A DNA stretch of 64,000 bases, from NCBI GenBank assembly GCA_017882785.1, contig JADGOV010000002.1, positions 2,685 to 66,684 of the forward strand, given 5' to 3'. The stretch comes from Frankiaceae bacterium. GTDB taxonomy: Bacteria; Actinomycetota; Actinomycetes; JADGOV01. The notes under the pieces were generated by a model. The model ran no database searches. It was not told the origin of the DNA and saw only the letters and a program-made list of their open reading frames with translations. The position numbers and the translations under genes were made by a program. This document shows, piece after piece, positions 19,920-29,363 of this stretch. The first letter of the stretch is position 1. Each line of letters opens with the position of its first letter.

Positions 19920-21570
19920 GGCCGGCGGCCTCGCAGGCCAGGGAACCGCCCGGTTTCACCGCGGCCAGATCGAATTCCGCGTTCACCGTCACCGGACCGG
20001 ACACCAGGGCGGTCACCCTGGTCCACCCAGCCGGGGAGCGAGTGATGCAGGCGGCGTCGTCCGCGGCCTGCCAGAACCGGATGTGGTGCAGCCGGACGAC
20101 GGAGGTGCCGGGGGTGCGGAAGTCCAGTGTGAACGAGGACACGTCGAGGTCGGTGAGGGACGCCGGGCCGGTGGCGATCGGCGCGGCGCCTCGCACCTGC
20201 CACACCTGCCAGTGCGCGTCCTGCCATACCGGATTGAGCCACGGTTGGTCGGACCGCACGAGCGTCGCCTCGCGCACGGAGGCCTGTTCCAGCGCAGCAT
20301 CGGGGATCGCCACGTAGCGCACCGCGTTGTCCAACAACCAGCCGCGGTACTGGGCGGGTGTCAGCTGCGAGTCGTAGAGCACCTCGTTGTACCCGACATC
20401 GAGCTGACGCTCCCAGCCGCGGGCCAGCGGCAACCGACTGGCCACGTAGCTCGTTTCCCAGTGGCCCCGGGTGAGCGGGATCTCCACCCGGCCCAGTGGC
20501 ACGTCGTGCGCGCCGAGGAAGCCCAGCAGGCCGGCGTAGTAACCGGGTTTGCTCGACGGCGTGGAACTGTCGGCGATGGCGCCGGTGACCGGGGCAAGCT
20601 GCCAGACCACCAGCGGCCCGGCGACCACGATCAGGGCCAGGCGGCGGCCGGTGGACAGCAGGACGACCGCGGCCAGCGGCCCGGCGAGAAGCGTGCCCAA
20701 CCGGGTCAGGTTGCCACCCACTGGATTCGGCACGAGGAACAGCACGACGGCGGCGAGAGCGTAAGCGGCCATGCCGAGACGCAGTGTCCGGTGAGATCGG
20801 GGTGCGAGCACCAGTCCGGCAGCGACGAAGACCAGGATGGTGACCAGGCTGGTCCACGGGAAGGGGAACGCACCCCCGCCGCCCAGCACGACAGCCACCA
20901 GCAGGCCGGTGGCCGCGCCGGTCAGCGGCAGGGCGCGGCGCCACCCCAACGCCGGCGCCCACGCCAGCCCGACCAGCAGGAGGAACGCGCCGGGCAGCGG
21001 GCTGGCCAGTGAGCAGAGCACGGCCAGGGTGCCGGCCACCCACGATCGTCGTCGTTGCACCGCCGCCATCGCCAGCAATCCGAGGGTCAGGCCAAGCGCG
21101 AACGGCAAGCGTCCGATGAGAAAGTTGGCCACGGTCGCCACCGCGAACCAGAGCAGGCCAGCGTTGTGCCGGGTGCGGGTGCCGTAGCGGGCGACGGCGA
21201 CGAGTGCCCACGTCGACCCGACGCAGGACAGCAGCCCGATGGTCCGCGCGCCGATGAGCGCGGCCAACGGTGGGAAGAGCACGCTGTAACCGGGCACGAG
21301 GTGCCCGGAGAACCAGCGGTCGTCGAAGAGGAGCGGGCCGTGGTGGCGGAACAGCCAGGTCCGGAAGTCCTGGGCCGGCAGATCGGGACCGCGGAGGCCG
21401 AGCGCCATGACCAGCAGGCAGAGCGCGAGGGTGACCAGCTCCGGATGGGCGGTGGCGAGGCGACCGAACCGGGACAACCAGCGCGCCGGCGTCGCGGCGC
21501 GACCAACCGAAGCATGCCCCCACGGGGCGGGCAGCGGAGCATCTGCTGATATCTGTGCAGAACCCGCCAT
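19909..21570 (-). CDS. polytopic GT-C-like membrane protein with C-terminal soluble domain; function unknown
   Basis: About 12 hydrophobic helices over about 370 aa, then a roughly 180-aa non-hydrophobic domain. Diverges from the MptB-like gene with only 24 bp between the track starts, so the true starts are probably internal. Confidence 0.55.
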   Translation of the reverse strand: MAGSAQISADAPLPAPWGHASVGRAATPARWLSRFGRLATAHPELVTLALCLLVMALGLRGPDLPAQDFRTWLFRHHGPLLFDDRWFSGHLVPGYSVLFPPLAALIGARTIGLLSCVGSTWALVAVARYGTRTRHNAGLLWFAVATVANFLIGRLPFALGLTLGLLAMAAVQRRRSWVAGTLAVLCSLASPLPGAFLLLVGLAWAPALGWRRALPLTGAATGLLVAVVLGGGGAFPFPWTSLVTILVFVAAGLVLAPRSHRTLRLGMAAYALAAVVLFLVPNPVGGNLTRLGTLLAGPLAAVVLLSTGRRLALIVVAGPLVVWQLAPVTGAIADSSTPSSKPGYYAGLLGFLGAHDVPLGRVEIPLTRGHWETSYVASRLPLARGWERQLDVGYNEVLYDSQLTPAQYRGWLLDNAVRYVAIPDAALEQASVREATLVRSDQPWLNPVWQDAHWQVWQVRGAAPIATGPASLTDLDVSSFTLDFRTPGTSVVRLHHIRFWQAADDAACITRSPAGWTRVTALVSGPVTVNAEFDLAAVKPGGSLACEAAGLSR

Positions 21571-21594
21571 CCTGACAGCTTCTCATGCCGAGTC

Positions 21595-23355
21595 GTGCAC
21601 AGGGTGACGACGAGCGCCGCGACGCGCCAACCTCCGGGCGCCGGCGCGCTCATTGCCGTCCTTGCCGTCCTCGGCATGGCGGCAACGGCGGCGGTGGTGC
21701 TCGGCGGTCAGCCGCCCGCCGAGCGGGCGGACTCCGCACCGGTGCGCTGGCCCGTCGCTGACGTGCACCACCTCCCTGACGGGCTGCGCCGCCTGGGCCC
21801 CGCGGTCGCCTGGGGAGGCGCCCTGGTGCTGGTGGGTCTGTGGCTCGTCATCCTGGCGTCGGCCCGCCGCGGCCGGCTCGGCACGAGGTCGGTGGTGACC
21901 ATAGCCGTGGCGTGGGCGACGCCCCTCGCTCTCGGCCCTCCCGTGCTCTCCGCCGACGTTTACAACTACCTCGGGCAAGGTGAAATGCTGCGCCGGGGGC
22001 TCGACCCCTACCGGATGGGCATCTCGGCTCTCGGGGGGGTCCCGGTGGTGGCCGCGGTCGACCCGCGCTGGCGGGACGTGTCCTCGCCGTACGGGCCGCT
22101 CTCCCTGGCGCTGTCCCGACTGGCCGCTGAGCTCGGCGGCGGCTCGCTCGTCCGGGCGGTGGAACTGCTCCGGTTGGTGGCGGTCGTCGGCGTCGTCGTG
22201 GCCGTCGTGGCCTGCGCCTATCGGGCCCGCGCAGGCGATCGGGCGATGGTCGTGGCCGTGGTCGCACTCAACCCCGTCATGCTGCTGCACCTCGTCGGGG
22301 GGGCGCACCTCGACGGGCTGGGAGTCGGTCTCATCGCCGCTGGGCTGGCATTCACGGCAGCCGGCCGCCCCTTGCCCGGGTTGGCCCTGGCCACCGCGGC
22401 GGCGGCCGTGAAGGCGCCGGCGGCGATTGTGGTGGCGACCCTCGGGGTGCTCGTTGTGCAGGGTGATAGGCGGGGAGTGGTCCACCGGGTGCTCGCCGTC
22501 GTCGGCGTCGTGGCCGTCGTCGGGTGGGGATGCGCCCTCCTCGTACCCCACGGTTTCGGGTGGCTGCACAGCCTGGACACGCCGGGTCGGGGTATCACCC
22601 GAGCCGCGCCGACGTCGTTTGTGGCGGCCGGGCTCTCGGCCTTGTTCGGGTTGCCGGCCACCGGCACCCGGGAGGTCTGCCGACTCCTCGGGCTGGCCAT
22701 GATCGCGGTCGCGGTGGGCTACCTGCTCGCGACCGCCCGGCGGCGCGACGCCGGGCGCACCGCCGGAACCGGTCTGCTCGTGGCCGCGCTGCTGGGCCCG
22801 GTCAGTTACGTCTGGTACCTCGCCGCTCCGGTGGCCGCGCTGGCGCCGGTCTGTCGCGGACGGGAACGAGCGGCGCTCGTCGGGCTGTGCGCGGCAGCCG
22901 CGCTGACGTCCTTACCTTCCCTGAGCACGCCCGCGTTCCCGTGGCCGCCGCGACCCGGTCCGGCGGGCACGTCCTCGCCGGCGCCGGTCATCCCGGAGAT
23001 GGCCAGAATGAGCGGCAGCAGCAGACAGGCCGCCACCCCGGGCACAGCCACACCGGAGTCGTTGACCAGGCCGCCGAGGGTGACCGCGACGGTTGCCGCC
23101 AGCAGGCCGTCGAGGAGTCCGGGTACGGTCCGCAGCGCCGCCGTCACGGCGTGCCGCCAGCCGGCACCGGCGCTGCTTCGGCAGGCCAGGGCGAGGGCGC
23201 CGAGTCCCAGTAGGGTCAGGTTGAACGGGCTGGACACCAGCGAGTCCGCCGCCGAGAGCAGATGCCGGCGCAGCGCCGTGCCGCTGGGTCCGCCATGCAG
23301 CACGCCGTCGACGAACCGACCGAGGTGGGTGCGCACGTCGGGCGGACGGGTGTAG
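21595..23355 (+). CDS. MptB-like polyprenol-phosphate-mannose-dependent GT-C mannosyltransferase
   Basis: Signature loop after TM1 (LSADVYNYLGQGEMLRRGLDPY...SPYGPLS) and many TM helices. The last roughly 145 codons are P/S/R-rich and antisense to the convergent gene. Confidence 0.6.
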   Translation: MHRVTTSAATRQPPGAGALIAVLAVLGMAATAAVVLGGQPPAERADSAPVRWPVADVHHLPDGLRRLGPAVAWGGALVLVGLWLVILASARRGRLGTRSVVTIAVAWATPLALGPPVLSADVYNYLGQGEMLRRGLDPYRMGISALGGVPVVAAVDPRWRDVSSPYGPLSLALSRLAAELGGGSLVRAVELLRLVAVVGVVVAVVACAYRARAGDRAMVVAVVALNPVMLLHLVGGAHLDGLGVGLIAAGLAFTAAGRPLPGLALATAAAAVKAPAAIVVATLGVLVVQGDRRGVVHRVLAVVGVVAVVGWGCALLVPHGFGWLHSLDTPGRGITRAAPTSFVAAGLSALFGLPATGTREVCRLLGLAMIAVAVGYLLATARRRDAGRTAGTGLLVAALLGPVSYVWYLAAPVAALAPVCRGRERAALVGLCAAAALTSLPSLSTPAFPWPPRPGPAGTSSPAPVIPEMARMSGSSRQAATPGTATPESLTRPPRVTATVAASRPSRSPGTVRSAAVTACRQPAPALLRQARARAPSPSRVRLNGLDTSESAAESRCRRSAVPLGPPCSTPSTNRPRWVRTSGGRV

Positions 23356-25007
23356 TCGGCAACGGCGAGCGCGCCCAGGACCAGTCCGCCGGCAAGCGCC
23401 AGGGCGGCTGCGGTCCGCAGCCGGATCCGGCGCCCGCCGAGCCGGAGCAGCAACACCCCTGCGGCCGGTACGAGGGCCAGCACGCCGCCCGCGTCGTCGC
23501 CCAGCTGCGGTGCCCCCACCAGCGCCAGGGTGCTCGCGGCAATCGCCGTTGCTGTCACCAGCGCCCTGCGCCGGGGGCGTCCAGGTGCCCGGGTCGGGTT
23601 CTGCCACCCGGCAAGCAGGCCGGCGAGCAGCAGCGCGGACCCGGCCAGCAGGGCGAAGGCCAGATTGCCGATGCCCACGAACCGGCCGGCGATCAATGGG
23701 GAGTCGCCGAGGAGCGCCGCGGTTTGCAGCCCCCCGCCGGTGAGCAGGTCGACGGCCAGCACCCCGGCGGTGACCGCGGTGACGAGGCCCACACCACCGC
23801 CCGGCCACCGGCGGGCAGCCGCCGCCGCGAGTCCGCCCGTGGCCACCGCCGCGGCGGGGAGCAGCACGACGGTGGCCGGCACCCGCCACCACGGAACCAG
23901 TTGCAGCAGGTAGGAGGCGACCGGCAACGCCGCGAGGGTGTATCCGGCGAAGGGGATGGCGCGCGCCCAACGCGGGGCCCACCGCCCGGGCCGCCGGGCC
24001 GCGGTGAGCGTTGCGGCGGTCAGGGCCAGGGTGAGCCAGACCAGCGCGGTCTGGAACGGGCCGGCCCACCGCAACCCGGCGCGAGCCTGTCGGTCCAGAT
24101 CCGCCAGCCGGGCGGGCGAAGGCGGCGGCCGGGCGCTGGCGACGCTGTCCGGTCCGGCGGCATGAGCAGTGCGCCACGGCGTGCCGACCATGCTCGCCGG
24201 CTCCGGCACGCCGAGCACGGCCAGGATGGTCGGCGCGACGTCGATGAGCTGCACGTACGGCGGGCGACGGGTCGAGGCGGAAACGAGGCTTCCCGCCGGC
24301 AGACCGGGTCCCACCGCGGCAGCTACGTGCAGGTGCGGACCCCCGGTGAGTCCGTCGGAGACGCCGACCAACAGGGTGCTCCGGCCGGGGACGGTCGGCG
24401 CGGCGGTCAGCAGCGGTCCGATCGCGCGGTCGACCGCGGCCGCCGCCCGTGGGCGGGCGGAGCCGGACGCGCCGTACAGCCCCTCCTGGGAGACGACGAC
24501 GAGGTCCGCGGAACGGGTCGCGTCCTGTCCGGCCGGCGCGATCGCCAGCTCGGCGCCTGCGCCGCCGACCGCGCGGGTGGTCCGACCGGCTGCGCGTAGG
24601 GCCGTACCCAGCGCGCCGACCTGGGCACCGTAGGACAGATGGGCGTTGGCCAGTCGAGCCCGCCGCAGCGTCGTCCCCGGTCCGCCCGGGGCTGTCGGTG
24701 AGCTCGGCGGCACCCCGGTCACCCGATTTCCCGCGCCCAGGGTCAGCCAGCCGGCAGTGGCTCGGGTAGGCAGGGCAGCCGCCTTGACCGACAGGGCGCC
24801 GACCGCGGCCTGCCGGCAGAAGGCGCTCACCGCCGGCATCCCGCCAGGGGTCACGTCCTCCCAGCGCAGTCCGGGCACACCGATGACGAGCACCCGCGGG
24901 ACGGCAGTTGCGGTCATCGGGCGCGCCCCGGCCGCGGAGGCACAGGTGGTGACCAGCGCGACTCCGACGAGGCTGACCCGCCACCAGCGCCCGCCCCGGG
25001 CGTTCAC
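22806..25007 (-). CDS. signal peptide + alkaline-phosphatase-superfamily-like ectodomain + polytopic C-terminal membrane domain; uncharacterised
   Basis: N-terminal signal (VSLVGVALVTTCASAAGA). 'VLVIGVPGLRWEDV...TRATAGWLTLGAGNR' weakly resembles an AlkP/NPP core. At least 8 hydrophobic helices follow. The GTG start directly abuts the PBP stop. Confidence 0.55.
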   Translation of the reverse strand: MNARGGRWWRVSLVGVALVTTCASAAGARPMTATAVPRVLVIGVPGLRWEDVTPGGMPAVSAFCRQAAVGALSVKAAALPTRATAGWLTLGAGNRVTGVPPSSPTAPGGPGTTLRRARLANAHLSYGAQVGALGTALRAAGRTTRAVGGAGAELAIAPAGQDATRSADLVVVSQEGLYGASGSARPRAAAAVDRAIGPLLTAAPTVPGRSTLLVGVSDGLTGGPHLHVAAAVGPGLPAGSLVSASTRRPPYVQLIDVAPTILAVLGVPEPASMVGTPWRTAHAAGPDSVASARPPPSPARLADLDRQARAGLRWAGPFQTALVWLTLALTAATLTAARRPGRWAPRWARAIPFAGYTLAALPVASYLLQLVPWWRVPATVVLLPAAAVATGGLAAAAARRWPGGGVGLVTAVTAGVLAVDLLTGGGLQTAALLGDSPLIAGRFVGIGNLAFALLAGSALLLAGLLAGWQNPTRAPGRPRRRALVTATAIAASTLALVGAPQLGDDAGGVLALVPAAGVLLLRLGGRRIRLRTAAALALAGGLVLGALAVADYTRPPDVRTHLGRFVDGVLHGGPSGTALRRHLLSAADSLVSSPFNLTLLGLGALALACRSSAGAGWRHAVTAALRTVPGLLDGLLAATVAVTLGGLVNDSGVAVPGVAACLLLPLILAISGMTGAGEDVPAGPGRGGHGNAGVLREGKDVSAAAAHSPTSAARSRPRQTGASAATGAARYQT

Positions 25008-27464
25008 TCAGGGCACGGGAGGCGTCAGCGGGGTGCCACGCGGCCCGGTTGGGGTCTTGGTCGGCTTGGTCGACTTCGGTTTGCCCGGTTTCGGCGCGGG
25101 TTTCGTCGGTTTCAACGTGGCCTTCGTGCTCGGCTTCGTGCTGGCCTTCGTGCTCGGCTTCGGCTTCGGGGTGGGTGTGGGGGTCGGCGTCGGCAGCACC
25201 CGCTGCGGCCGCAGGCGGGGTGCGGCCGGCCCGCTGGAGACGTACAGCAGCACGGTGCTGCCGGGGCCGATCGAGCTGCCGCCTCCCGGGGAGGTCCCGG
25301 CAACCGTCCCGCTCGGATACCCCGAGGTGATCCGCCCACTGGCCACGACGCCGGTGAGCCCGGCGCCGGCCAGGCGGGACCGGGCGTGACGCACGGACAG
25401 GCCAGTCACGTCCGGCACGCTGATCTGGGCAGCGGCACCGATCGAGGGGTCCGCGCCGGCGAATTGCTCCACCGGCTTGCCCCGCAGCGCCCGGCTCATC
25501 AGATCGCCCCAGATCGGCGCCGAGATCGTGCCACCGAACACTTTGCCGAAGTAGCTGCCGCCGATCGACAGGTCCCGGAGCGGGTGACGCTGGGCTCCGC
25601 GGGGATCTCCCATCCACACCGCGGCGGCCATCTGCGGCACGTACCCGTCGAACCAGGCTGCGCCGTAGTCGGTCGCGGTGCCCGTCTTGCCGGCCGCCGG
25701 GCGACCGATTGCGGCCGCTGTGCCGGTGCCAGAGGTGATGACCCCTCGGAGGACCGATGTCACGGTGTCCGCGATCCGTTGCGGTATCACCTGCGAACAG
25801 GTCGCTCGGGGAATCGGGACGGCGCGGCCCTGCGAGTTCGTCACCGAGATGATCGCGGTCGGCGGGCAGTACCTTCCCCGTGCGGCGTAGGCAGCGTACG
25901 CGCCGGCCATGGCCAGCGGGCTGATGCTGTCACCGCCCAGGGTGAACGAGCCGCCGCGGTTCAGGGCACCGCCACCGACGACCCGGACTCCGAGTGACTC
26001 CGCCAGCCTGGCCGGTCCCTCGGTCCCGGTGCGCTCCTCGATCTGCACGAAGCAGGTGTTCACCGAGTCCCAGGTCGCTGTCAACAGGTTGTACACGCCG
26101 CCGCCGGGCTCGGCATTCTGCGGCGTGTACCGGCTACCACCGCTGCCGGCGAAGGTGGAGACGTAGGACTGGGGGCAGCTGAGCTGGGTTGTGAGCGGCA
26201 TCCCCTGCTCCAGTGCCGCGGTGAGCGTGAAGATCTTGAAGGTCGACCCCGCCTGGACTCCTTGCTGTCCGCCGACCGGCAGGTCGACCGTGGTGTGGCC
26301 CTTGATCGAGGCGTCGTTGTCGAAGACGCGGTTGACGCCCATCGCCAGGATGTGACCGGTACCGGGCTGCACGACGTCGGCCACCGCAGCCACCCTGTCG
26401 GTGACGTTCGTGTGCGCCAGGACGGCCTTCTGCGCAGCCATCTGCACCGTCGGGTCGAGGCCGGTCCTGATCGTCAGTCCGCCTCGGTGCAGCAGCGCCG
26501 CCCGGTCCGCGGCGGTCTTGCCGAAGACTGGGTTGTCCCGGATCTGGGCCATCACGTAGTCGCAGAAGAAGGGTGCCCGGGTGCCGATGCACCCGTTCCT
26601 GGGGGTGGTGACATGCAGCACGATGCGGGTGGCCTTGGCGCGGGCACTCTGGCTGGGGGTGATCATCCGGAGTTCCACCATCCGGTCCAGCACCACGGCG
26701 CGGCGGGCGAGTGCCGCCCGCGGATGCAGAATCGGGTCGTACGCGCTCGGGTTGCGGATGCTGCCCGCCAGCAAAGCCGCCTGCGGCAGGGTGAGGGCGG
26801 TCGCCGAGGTGTTGAAGTAGTGCTTGGCGGCCGCGGCGACGCCGTAGGCCCCGCTGCCGAAATAGGCGATGTTGAGGTAGTCCTCCAGGATCTTGTCTTT
26901 GCTCCAGTGCCGCTCCAGCGCCAGGGCGTAGCGGGCTTCGCGGATCTTGCGCGCGTTCGTCACTGCCACGGCTGCCTCGCGCTGCGCCGGGGTGGCCGCG
27001 GTCTCCAGCAGCATGTTCTTCACGTACTGCTGGGTCAGCGTGGACCCACCCTGTCGGCTCCCGGTCTGCAGGTTGTTGACGGCGGCCCGCATGGTGCCCC
27101 GCAGGTCCACCCCATGGTGCTCGTAGAAGCGGGAGTCCTCGATCCCCACGACCGCCTGGCGCATCACCGGGGCCACCTTCGCCAGCCCGACGTTGACCCG
27201 GTTCTCGTCATAGAACGTCGCCAGCGTCGACCCGTCGGCGGCCAGGACCCGCGACATCTGCGGCAACGTGGCGACCGTCAGCTGGGAGGGCAGGTCCTCG
27301 AAGGAATCCGCGGTCCGCTTGGCGGCCAGGCCGATTCCGCCGACCACGGGCACCAGGAGGGCGGCGACGAGGATGCCCGCCAGCACCGCCGCCAGCAGGA
27401 ATTCGCCCAAGCTGGCTGGCAGCGAGGGGTACGGGGTGGCGCGGAGACGGATTCTGCCGACCAA
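25008..27464 (-). CDS. ponA2: class A penicillin-binding protein (transglycosylase/transpeptidase) with C-terminal PASTA and Pro/Thr/Lys-rich tail
   Basis: GT51 motifs (EDSRFYEHHG, GGSTLTQQ), transpeptidase motifs (STFK, KTGT) and one PASTA unit (ISVPDVTGLSVRHARSRLAGAGL...). Adjacent and divergent to the whiB-family gene, as in Mtb. Confidence 0.9.
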   Translation of the reverse strand: MVGRIRLRATPYPSLPASLGEFLLAAVLAGILVAALLVPVVGGIGLAAKRTADSFEDLPSQLTVATLPQMSRVLAADGSTLATFYDENRVNVGLAKVAPVMRQAVVGIEDSRFYEHHGVDLRGTMRAAVNNLQTGSRQGGSTLTQQYVKNMLLETAATPAQREAAVAVTNARKIREARYALALERHWSKDKILEDYLNIAYFGSGAYGVAAAAKHYFNTSATALTLPQAALLAGSIRNPSAYDPILHPRAALARRAVVLDRMVELRMITPSQSARAKATRIVLHVTTPRNGCIGTRAPFFCDYVMAQIRDNPVFGKTAADRAALLHRGGLTIRTGLDPTVQMAAQKAVLAHTNVTDRVAAVADVVQPGTGHILAMGVNRVFDNDASIKGHTTVDLPVGGQQGVQAGSTFKIFTLTAALEQGMPLTTQLSCPQSYVSTFAGSGGSRYTPQNAEPGGGVYNLLTATWDSVNTCFVQIEERTGTEGPARLAESLGVRVVGGGALNRGGSFTLGGDSISPLAMAGAYAAYAARGRYCPPTAIISVTNSQGRAVPIPRATCSQVIPQRIADTVTSVLRGVITSGTGTAAAIGRPAAGKTGTATDYGAAWFDGYVPQMAAAVWMGDPRGAQRHPLRDLSIGGSYFGKVFGGTISAPIWGDLMSRALRGKPVEQFAGADPSIGAAAQISVPDVTGLSVRHARSRLAGAGLTGVVASGRITSGYPSGTVAGTSPGGGSSIGPGSTVLLYVSSGPAAPRLRPQRVLPTPTPTPTPKPKPSTKASTKPSTKATLKPTKPAPKPGKPKSTKPTKTPTGPRGTPLTPPVP

Positions 27465-27734
27465 AGGGTGGACCTTCGCAGGAGGCGGACCGAGAACATC
27501 AGGCTACGTCGCGGGCGCGGTGCGACGATCCACCGGCCCGGCGTGTCCACTCTGGTGAGGGCACCCGGCGCGTCCGTTGCCCAGGGCGTATCCCCCGAAC
27601 GGGCCATCAGAAGATAAGCCAGTCGGGGGCTGTGGTCGCCCCGTATTCATTCGTACGGTCAGCCCTAGCCGGCGAATTCCAGTCGGCGTCGGCACTTCGC
27701 GGTACAGCGACCCGCGTGACGGAGGACCTCGACC

Positions 27735-28127
27735 ATGTCTACCCCCCTGTTTGCCACCTCCGCCGAGCCTCGGTCATCCACTCCCGCTACCGAGCGGTCG
27801 TTGGCGGCCGCCGGCGTGGCGGATCTTCGGCCGGCCGACTGGACCACCCAGGCGGCGTGCCGCTCGACCGACCCGGACGCGCTGTTCGTCCAGGGGGCGG
27901 CGCAGAACCGGGCGAAGGCAGTGTGCACCGGGTGCCCCGTCCGTACCGAGTGCCTCGCCGACGCGTTGGACAACCGGATCGAGTTCGGCGTGTGGGGCGG
28001 CATGACAGAGCGTGAGCGTCGTGCACTGCTGCGTCGCCGTCCCGAGGTGCGCTCGTGGTCTGCTCTGCTGGAGACCGCCCGCCGGGAGTTCGAGACCTCT
28101 GGGAAGGGACTGCGGGCGACCGGCTGA
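27735..28127 (+). CDS. wblA: WhiB-family Fe-S transcription factor (WhiB4/WblA-type by synteny)
   Basis: Four Cys (C..x..CTGCPVRTEC), a GVWGG turn and a basic C-terminus. GGAGGA RBS. Located between the PBP and the ArsA-like pair. Confidence 0.85.
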   Translation: MSTPLFATSAEPRSSTPATERSLAAAGVADLRPADWTTQAACRSTDPDALFVQGAAQNRAKAVCTGCPVRTECLADALDNRIEFGVWGGMTERERRALLRRRPEVRSWSALLETARREFETSGKGLRATG

Positions 28128-28181
28128 GCCGCGCACAGCCCGAGAGGCCTTCGCAGCGTTCGGAAGGGGCGGGTCCCGCCG

Positions 28182-29363
28182 CTAGCCGGCCGCACCGGCA
28201 GCCAGGGACGCGCCCACCTCGCGTAACCCCGACAGGTCGTGCACATCCGTCGCCTGCGCCAACACTTCGAGGACGGGGACATGCGGGTGTGCTGAGGTGA
28301 AGCGGGCCTTCAGCTGCTGCTCGCGGGCGGCGAGCGCGATCCGCTCGGCGTGCAGCTGCAGGACTGCGGCGGTGAGCGGGGAGGCGCCGGAGTCGGTCAA
28401 CATCTCCGCGACCGCGAGGCTGCGCGAACCGGAGAGCCCGGGCGCCCGGGTCGGGTGCACCCGGTTGAGCACGAGTCCGGTGAGCGGCATCGACTCCTCG
28501 GCAAGTCGTTCGACGAAGTAGGACGCCTCCCGCAGGGCGTCCCGTTCCGGGGCGGCGACGACGATGAACGTCGTGCCAGGGCGCTTGAGGAGCTCGTAGG
28601 TGGCTTCGGCGCGTTCCCGGAAGCCGCCGAACATCGTCTCCAGCGCGGCGACGAACGTCGAGAGGTCCCGCAGCAGCTGCATCCCGACGATCTTGGCGAG
28701 CACGCTGGTGAACATGCCGATGCCGACCGAGAGCACCTTGACGTAGGCCCGGCCACCGGCCCGCGCCGGCGCCACGAGCACCCGGATCATGCGGCCGTCC
28801 AGGAAGCGGCTGAGCCGCTGCGGTGCGTCGAGGAAGTCCAGCGCGTTCCGGGTGGGTGGCGTGTCCACGACGATCAGGTCGTACAGGCCGGCCGCCTTGA
28901 GCTGGCCGAGCTTCTCCATCGCCATGTACTCCTGCGTGCCGGCGAAACTGGAGGACAGCGACTGGTAGAAGGGGTTGGCCAGGATCGCCTGTGCGCGCTC
29001 CGGGTCGGCGTGCGTGGCGACGACCTCGTCGAACGTCCGCTTCATGTCGAGCATCATGGCGTCGAGTTCGCCGCCGGCCGATTCGTCGATGCCGGCGACC
29101 CTGCGCGGTGTGTTATCCAGTTCGGTCAGGCCCATCGCCTGGGCCAGCCGGCGGGCCGGGTCGATGGTCAACACCGCGACGCGTCGGCCACGCTCGGCAG
29201 CCCGAACCGCCAACGCCGCCGCGGTGGTGGTCTTGCCCACACCCCCGGACCCGCAGCAGACCACCACACTCTCCCGGTCCAGCACGGCGTCAATATCCAC
29301 TGTGAGATCCGCTGTGCCGTCGACTGTGCCGGCTTCGGCACCGGCCGCGGCCCTGGCGCTCAC
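28182..29363 (-). CDS. ArsA/Get3-like P-loop ATPase (Rv3680-like)
   Basis: Deviant Walker A ([16 protein letters not shown]). GTGA overlap with the upstream paralogue. Confidence 0.85.
   Translation of the reverse strand: MSARAAAGAEAGTVDGTADLTVDIDAVLDRESVVVCCGSGGVGKTTTAAALAVRAAERGRRVAVLTIDPARRLAQAMGLTELDNTPRRVAGIDESAGGELDAMMLDMKRTFDEVVATHADPERAQAILANPFYQSLSSSFAGTQEYMAMEKLGQLKAAGLYDLIVVDTPPTRNALDFLDAPQRLSRFLDGRMIRVLVAPARAGGRAYVKVLSVGIGMFTSVLAKIVGMQLLRDLSTFVAALETMFGGFRERAEATYELLKRPGTTFIVVAAPERDALREASYFVERLAEESMPLTGLVLNRVHPTRAPGLSGSRSLAVAEMLTDSGASPLTAAVLQLHAERIALAAREQQLKARFTSAHPHVPVLEVLAQATDVHDLSGLREVGASLAAGAAG

Noticed and set aside
22912-25617. 901-aa minus-strand ORF spanning the PBP / AlkP-like gene junction
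   Set aside because: It is an alternative frame of the same strand. It is extremely Arg/Pro/Gly-rich. The other frame gives a clean signal peptide, TM helices and PBP motifs.
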